Below, in pieces: positions 35,159 to 41,809 of a DNA stretch of 41,809 bases. Every line of letters begins with the position of its first letter. Position 1 is the first letter of the stretch. Below the pieces are notes generated by a model. The model searched no databases and had not been told where the DNA came from. It saw only the letters and a program-made list of their open reading frames with translations. The stretch covers positions 1 to 41,809 of the forward strand of contig OMTA01000001.1 of the NCBI GenBank assembly GCA_900313895.1, written 5' to 3'. A program made the position numbers and the translations under genes. This DNA is from an uncultured Eubacteriales bacterium. Its GTDB lineage: Bacteria > Bacillota > Clostridia > Oscillospirales > Acutalibacteraceae.

Positions 35159-36265
35159 ATGATGAGATTCAAATGTATGAGATCGGACCTGTCCTCGGCA
35201 GTCGGTAACGTATCGCGCGCTGTTTCCGCAAAGGCGACCATCCCCGCACTGGAGGGCGTGTTGATCAAAGCATATCATAATACGCTCGAGATCTCCGGCT
35301 ATGATCTTGAGATCGGTATCGTGACACAGATGGAAGCGACGGTCGCCGAAGAGGGTGAGGTCGTAGTATCCGCGAGACTTTTCAATGATATCATCCGCAA
35401 GCTGCCGGAGGAGATCGTCAACATCGAGACCGATGACAGAATGATCACCTATATCAAGTCCGGCGCGGCGGATTATCAGATCGTCGGTATCAATTCCGCC
35501 GAATATCCGGAGCTGCCCAATGTCGATGAGCTGAATTCCTTTGAGATCAAGGCGGAGCTGCTCAAGAATATGATCCGTCAGACCGTTTTCGCGGTTTCCG
35601 ACAATATGGCAAAGCCGATCTATACCGGTTCTCTGTTTGAGATCGAAGATCATATTTTCCGTATCGTCGCGGTCGACGGTTTCCGTATGGCGATCCGCGA
35701 GGAAAATGTTGACTGTGATATCCACACAAAGTTTGTTGTTCCCGGAAAAACACAGAACGAGATCTTGAAGCTGATCACCGATAACGATAAGGACGTCAGC
35801 CTCAAGATCGGTCAGCGTCATATCATGCTGAAGATCGAGAATTACAGCATCATTTCCAGACTGATCGAGGGCAACTTCCTGGATTATAAAACGACGGTTC
35901 CGAAAACAGCCAGCACCGAGTTTGTGATGAATACAAGGATCCTGGCGTCGGCGGTGGACAGAATGTCGCTGTTGACCAATGAAAAGATCCAGTCGCCGGT
36001 CAGATGCACCATCACCGCGGATCAGATCAAGCTCGCCTGCTCGACGACCGTCGGCAGAGCGAACGATATGATTCCTGCCTCGGTCAGAGGAAATGACGTC
36101 GAGATCGGTTTCAATAACCGTTATCTGCTCGACGCGCTGAAAAACGCCGAGACCGACGAGATCAAGGTCATGCTCAACGGCAGTCTTTCGCCGATGATCA
36201 TCAAACCGGTCCAAGGGGACAGCTTTACTTTCCTGGTCGTTCCGATGAGATTGGCAGCGGAATAA
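35159..36265 (+). CDS. dnaN: DNA polymerase III beta clamp
   Basis: IPALEGVLI, YDLEIGI, VAVDGFRMA, SRLIEGNF, IGFN.RYLLDAL and LVVPMR. Confidence 0.97.
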   Translation: MMRFKCMRSDLSSAVGNVSRAVSAKATIPALEGVLIKAYHNTLEISGYDLEIGIVTQMEATVAEEGEVVVSARLFNDIIRKLPEEIVNIETDDRMITYIKSGAADYQIVGINSAEYPELPNVDELNSFEIKAELLKNMIRQTVFAVSDNMAKPIYTGSLFEIEDHIFRIVAVDGFRMAIREENVDCDIHTKFVVPGKTQNEILKLITDNDKDVSLKIGQRHIMLKIENYSIISRLIEGNFLDYKTTVPKTASTEFVMNTRILASAVDRMSLLTNEKIQSPVRCTITADQIKLACSTTVGRANDMIPASVRGNDVEIGFNNRYLLDALKNAETDEIKVMLNGSLSPMIIKPVQGDSFTFLVVPMRLAAE

Positions 36266-36275
36266 AATCACTTAA

Positions 36276-36350
36276 ATTAGGAGTTAGGAATTAGGAGTTA
36301 GGAATGAATGGCGGGCTCTGCCCGCACCCGATACTGCAATTTCTCAGTCG
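36276..36350 (+). repeat. TTAGGA(A/G) heptamer run plus GCGGGC..GCCCGCACCCGA hairpin
   Basis: AATTAGGAGTTAGGAATTAGGAGTTAGGAATGAATGGCGGGCTCTGCCCGCACCCGA. Confidence 0.75.
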
Positions 36351-36400
36351 GTCGGACACGAATGTCTGTCGACAGCTTCTTTTGATAAAAGGAGCCTTTT

Positions 36401-36613
36401 ATGGAAAAAGTTACGATCAATGAAGAATTTATACGGCTGGACAGTCTGATGAAATATTCCGGCTTATGCAACAGCGGCGGTAGAGCGAAATATCTCATCC
36501 AAGGGGGAGAGGTCAAGCTCAACGGCGAGGTTTGCGAAATGAGAGGAAAAAAGATCAGACCCGGCGACAAGATAGAATATAACGGCAGAACGGTTGAGGT
36601 TGTGCGGGATTGA
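36401..36613 (+). CDS. yaaA: S4-domain RNA-binding protein YaaA
   Basis: EFIRLDSLMK...SGGRAK...VKLNGEVCEMRGKKIRPGD; between dnaN and recF. Confidence 0.92.
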   Translation: MEKVTINEEFIRLDSLMKYSGLCNSGGRAKYLIQGGEVKLNGEVCEMRGKKIRPGDKIEYNGRTVEVVRD

Positions 36614-37707
36614 TAGTCAAAGAGCTGCGTTTTGAAAACTACAGAAATCTGAAAAATAATAGCATCATGCCCGCGAATAACGTCAACGTGATCTACGGCG
36701 AGAACGCGCAGGGAAAGACCAATCTGTTGGAAGCAATCTGGCTGTTTTGCGGCGGTCATTCCTTTCGCGGATCGAAAGAAAATGAGATGATCGCGTTCGA
36801 TCAAAAATTCTTTCGGCTGGGGATGGATTTTCTGTCCGGAGAAAGAGAACAAAACGCGGATATCGCGTTCGGTCAGAATCGCAAGCAGATTTGGATCAAC
36901 GGGATAGAGAGAGGTTCCTCCTCTTATCTGACCGAGGTCTTTTCGGCGGTCGTCTTTTCACCCGAGCATCTGAACCTGATCAAAAGAGGACCGAATATCC
37001 GGCGTCGCTTCATCGACGCGGCAATCTGTCAGCATCGCATCCGTTATGCGTCGCTCCTCTCGAAATACCAGCAGATCATCAATCAGCGAAACGCGCTGTT
37101 GAAGGATATCCGAAAACACAGCGAGCTGAAGGATACCCTGACGATCTGGGATGATTCGCTGACGGTCGTCGGCGCGCAGATCATGAAGGAACGCTATGAT
37201 TATCTGAAAAAGCTGCGTGAGCCGGCAAGAAGCTATCATCAGGGTATTTCCGCGGAAAAGGAATTGCTGGATATCGAATATCTTTCGACAACAAAGACGG
37301 ATGAAGCGGATGATCTTGATACGCTCAGAGAAAAGCTCAGAAGCGCGTATGATGCGTCACAGCGGGAGGATTTTTATACCGGGTATACCTCGGTCGGCCC
37401 GCACAGGGATGACCTCGATTTCAAGATTAACGGGATCTCTGTCAGACGGTTCGGTTCGCAGGGACAGCAGCGATCGACGGTACTGTCGCTGAAGCTGAGC
37501 GAGGCGGAGCTGCTTTTTGAAAAGAACGGCGAGCGTCCCGTCATCCTGCTGGATGACGTATTGTCGGAGCTTGACAACAGTCGTCAGGACTTTTTGCTGA
37601 ACAAGGTCGAAGCCTATCAGGTTTTTGTCACCTGCTGTGAGGAAAGCAATAAAGAGCAATTGAAAAACGGCAAGGTTTTTTATATTGATAACGGGGTGGT
37701 AAAATGA
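36610..37707 (+). CDS. recF: DNA replication/repair protein RecF
   Basis: GENAQGKTNLLEAI, SFRG, GPHRDD, GSQGQQR and LLDDVLSELD; TTG start. Confidence 0.97.
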   Translation: MIVKELRFENYRNLKNNSIMPANNVNVIYGENAQGKTNLLEAIWLFCGGHSFRGSKENEMIAFDQKFFRLGMDFLSGEREQNADIAFGQNRKQIWINGIERGSSSYLTEVFSAVVFSPEHLNLIKRGPNIRRRFIDAAICQHRIRYASLLSKYQQIINQRNALLKDIRKHSELKDTLTIWDDSLTVVGAQIMKERYDYLKKLREPARSYHQGISAEKELLDIEYLSTTKTDEADDLDTLREKLRSAYDASQREDFYTGYTSVGPHRDDLDFKINGISVRRFGSQGQQRSTVLSLKLSEAELLFEKNGERPVILLDDVLSELDNSRQDFLLNKVEAYQVFVTCCEESNKEQLKNGKVFYIDNGVVK

Positions 37708-37955
37708 AATATCTGCACCTCGGAAAGGATACCTCGATCGAGATTAAAAATATCGTCGGTATCTTTGATATGGACACCAGCACGGTGTCGAAGCACACGA
37801 GAGAGTTTCTCAAAACGTGTGAAAAAGAAAACAGAGTCGTCAGCGTCAGCTTTGAGCTGCCGAAGTCGTATATTCTCTACGACTTTGACGGAGAATATTC
37901 CGTGTATCTTTCTCCGCTGAACGCGGCGACGCTGCTTAAGAGAATGGAAGAATAA
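37704..37955 (+). CDS. remB: RemB/YaaB (DUF370) family protein
   Basis: YLHLG...IVGIFD...PKSY...VYLSPL..ATLLKR; canonical position after recF. Confidence 0.85.
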   Translation: MKYLHLGKDTSIEIKNIVGIFDMDTSTVSKHTREFLKTCEKENRVVSVSFELPKSYILYDFDGEYSVYLSPLNAATLLKRMEE

Positions 37956-38009
37956 AGATTTCGGATCGAAATGATCCAACTATTTCAATGAGATATAGGA
38001 GCTGAATTT

Positions 38010-38714
38010 ATGAGTCCTACCAGATGTCCGTATTGCGGCAAAAAGATCTCGTATTTCAAGGCGTTTTTTATTCGCCGCAGAGGTGAATACTTCTGTAAGA
38101 AATGCAAAAAAGAATCGAATATCCATATCAAAAAATCGATATGGCTGTTCTTTATCGTCGTGCTCTTGATGTCGCTGGCGATCATGGGTTTCTACACGTT
38201 CTTTACCAATAAAGAGAATCTGTGGTTTTTGTTGTTTGTCCTGATCCCGTTCATCGTCTTTTATCTGTTTTCGCCGCTGTTCATCCGATTGCGGCCGAAG
38301 ATGAAATTTCAGGATTCGCTGTATGATACCGAGATGGTTGATAACGCGAACGATCCCGATCCGACGATGCAGGAAAGCGCCAAGGTCGTTCCGACCTTTG
38401 TGGACGACGTGATCCTCGGCGACGATGATTATAAGCCCGCAATCAACTCGGATATATTCAACGCGATCAAGGAAGAGCGGAAGGTCGTCGGCGAAACGGA
38501 CGGCGGTACCAAGAGCTTTGATCGGTTCGAAAATATCTCGAGCAGAAAAATCGCGGGAGATACTATGCCGGTCGGAAATCTGAAGGATATCCCCGTCAAA
38601 GCAGAGGAAAAAACCGCTCCTGTTGTGTTAAAGGAAGAACCGGTCGCGGAGGTCAGCACGCAGGAGATCGACAGCATCCTTTCGGATCTGGAATCCGATA
38701 TCGATCATGTTTAA
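38010..38714 (+). CDS. Hypothetical Zn-ribbon membrane protein (CxxC-x19-CxxC, 2 TM, acidic tail)
   Basis: CPYC-19 aa-CKKC, two hydrophobic helices and a long acidic C-tail; AGGAG RBS. Confidence 0.75.
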   Translation: MSPTRCPYCGKKISYFKAFFIRRRGEYFCKKCKKESNIHIKKSIWLFFIVVLLMSLAIMGFYTFFTNKENLWFLLFVLIPFIVFYLFSPLFIRLRPKMKFQDSLYDTEMVDNANDPDPTMQESAKVVPTFVDDVILGDDDYKPAINSDIFNAIKEERKVVGETDGGTKSFDRFENISSRKIAGDTMPVGNLKDIPVKAEEKTAPVVLKEEPVAEVSTQEIDSILSDLESDIDHV

Positions 38715-39036
38715 GCTGCCGGTATGCCCGCACTGCGGGACGGTGTATCGCTATAAAGATACCAAGAACGCGATCATTAATAAAGAAAACGAGTGTTATC
38801 ACTGTCATAATAAATTCAGGATTAAACTGTTCCCTTATGTGCTGATCGAAGCGGTCGCGCTGATCGCAATCAGCATCGGTATCAACCTGCTGATTCTCTC
38901 GCGGATGTCATCGTTGAATCTGATACCGCTGTTTGTGATTACGATCGGTATTCTGGTGATCGTGATACTACTGGTTCCGTTTTTCACGCACTTTGTCAAG
39001 ACGGAAAAAGAGAAAGATAAGAAAAAGAAGAAGTAA
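38707..39036 (+). CDS. Hypothetical Zn-ribbon membrane protein (CxxC-x19-CxxC, 2 TM, Lys tail)
   Basis: CPHC-19 aa-CYHC, two hydrophobic helices and a KEKDKKKKK tail; overlaps the upstream stop. Confidence 0.75.
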   Translation: MFKLPVCPHCGTVYRYKDTKNAIINKENECYHCHNKFRIKLFPYVLIEAVALIAISIGINLLILSRMSSLNLIPLFVITIGILVIVILLVPFFTHFVKTEKEKDKKKKK

Positions 39037-39044
39037 TGAAATAA

Positions 39045-41133
<2,089 letters not shown>

Positions 41134-41135
<2 letters not shown>

Positions 41136-41176
41136 TGAGAAATTAGGAATAATGGGTGGGATCTTCCCACACCTGA
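41134..41176 (+). repeat. Heptamer plus bulged-hairpin element abutting the gyrB stop
   Basis: AATGAGAAATTAGGAATAATGGGTGGGATCTTCCCACACCTGA; same layout as 36276-36331. Confidence 0.6.
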
Positions 41177-41237
41177 AGGTTTGAGATGATTAACTCTTTT
41201 TTGCGAGATTACCGCAAAATAGATTTGAGGTGTAATT

Positions 41238-41809
41238 TTGGATAACGAGAACAAGAATATCAATGAAAATATAGAAAACGGCGAGGATTTTGAGGCGGCA
41301 TATGAGGATATGATGGAGCATACGCAGTTCAGCTCCGGTAAGATCATCAACGTCGATATCAACCGTGAGATGCGCAAGTCGTTCCTCGATTATTCGATGA
41401 GCGTTATCGTGGCGCGCGCGCTGCCGGACGTCAGGGACGGACTCAAGCCCGTTCACAGACGTATCCTCTACTGTATGTACGAGAACGGCATCACCGCCTC
41501 CAAGCCGCACAGAAAATGCGCGTATACCGTCGGTGAAGTGCTGGGTAAATATCACCCCCACGGCGACGCTTCCGTCTATGACGCGATGGTCAGACTGGCG
41601 CAGGATTTCTCAATGCGCTATATGCTGGTCGACGGTCACGGAAACTTCGGTTCGATCGACGGCGATCCGCCCGCTGCGTATCGTTATACTGAAAGTCGAA
41701 TGAGTAAAATTTCCGCGGAAATGCTCGCGGATATCGATAAAGAAACCGTTGATTTTATGCCGACGTTCGACGATGTTCTGGAAGAACCGACGGTTTTGCC
41801 GGCGCGCTT
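41238..41809 (+). CDS. gyrA: DNA gyrase subunit A, N-terminal part (runs off window; not in the ORF track)
   Basis: TTG 41238 after GAGGTG. Manual translation gives [50 protein letters not shown] and AAYRYTE. Confidence 0.96.
   Translation, partial: MDNENKNINENIENGEDFEAAYEDMMEHTQFSSGKIINVDINREMRKSFLDYSMSVIVARALPDVRDGLKPVHRRILYCMYENGITASKPHRKCAYTVGEVLGKYHPHGDASVYDAMVRLAQDFSMRYMLVDGHGNFGSIDGDPPAAYRYTESRMSKISAEMLADIDKETVDFMPTFDDVLEEPTVLPAR

Noticed and set aside
41709-41722. Palindrome ATTTCCGCGGAAAT (and a similar one near 37245) resembling a Noc-binding site
   Set aside because: The central bases are GC rather than the CG of ATTTCCCGGGAAAT, and both are explained by Ile-Ser-Ala-Glu codons.

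Overview
This is the replication-origin region of a Firmicute (Bacillota), probably a Ruminococcus/Oscillospirales-type anaerobe, judged from a Ruminococcus-style dockerin, Rnf, SpoVAE and Noc. The right half is the conserved oriC block: noc-rsmG-mnmG-mnmE-jag-yidC-yidD-rnpA-rpmH on the minus strand, divergent from dnaA-oriC-dnaN-yaaA-recF-remB-(two unknown Zn-ribbon membrane genes)-gyrB-gyrA (partial). It includes three parS sites and a DnaA-box/DnaA-trio unwinding element. The left half holds the end of a class 3 FBPase, a flavodoxin with a paired palindromic operator, a Gld-like ABC/DUF4340 cluster, rnfCDGEAB, spoVAE, rlmI, a GtrA/GT2/YfhO glycosylation trio, ribF, and a secreted CotH-kinase/dockerin protein. 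The least explained signal is non-coding. Several intergenic gaps are filled by a mosaic of short palindromic repeats: GTAG-tagged REP hairpins followed by a fixed 28-nt spacer and GCGAAGCA, a 61-66 bp element nested inside other repeats, heptamer runs with bulged hairpins, and CGTC-type REPs. Also notable are a DnaA with an altered recognition helix (GGRHYST instead of GGRDH[ST]T) and a tandem pair of CxxC-x19-CxxC membrane proteins between remB and gyrB. No rRNA, tRNA, CRISPR array or transposase was found. All family calls are by eye from motifs and gene order; no database search was run.
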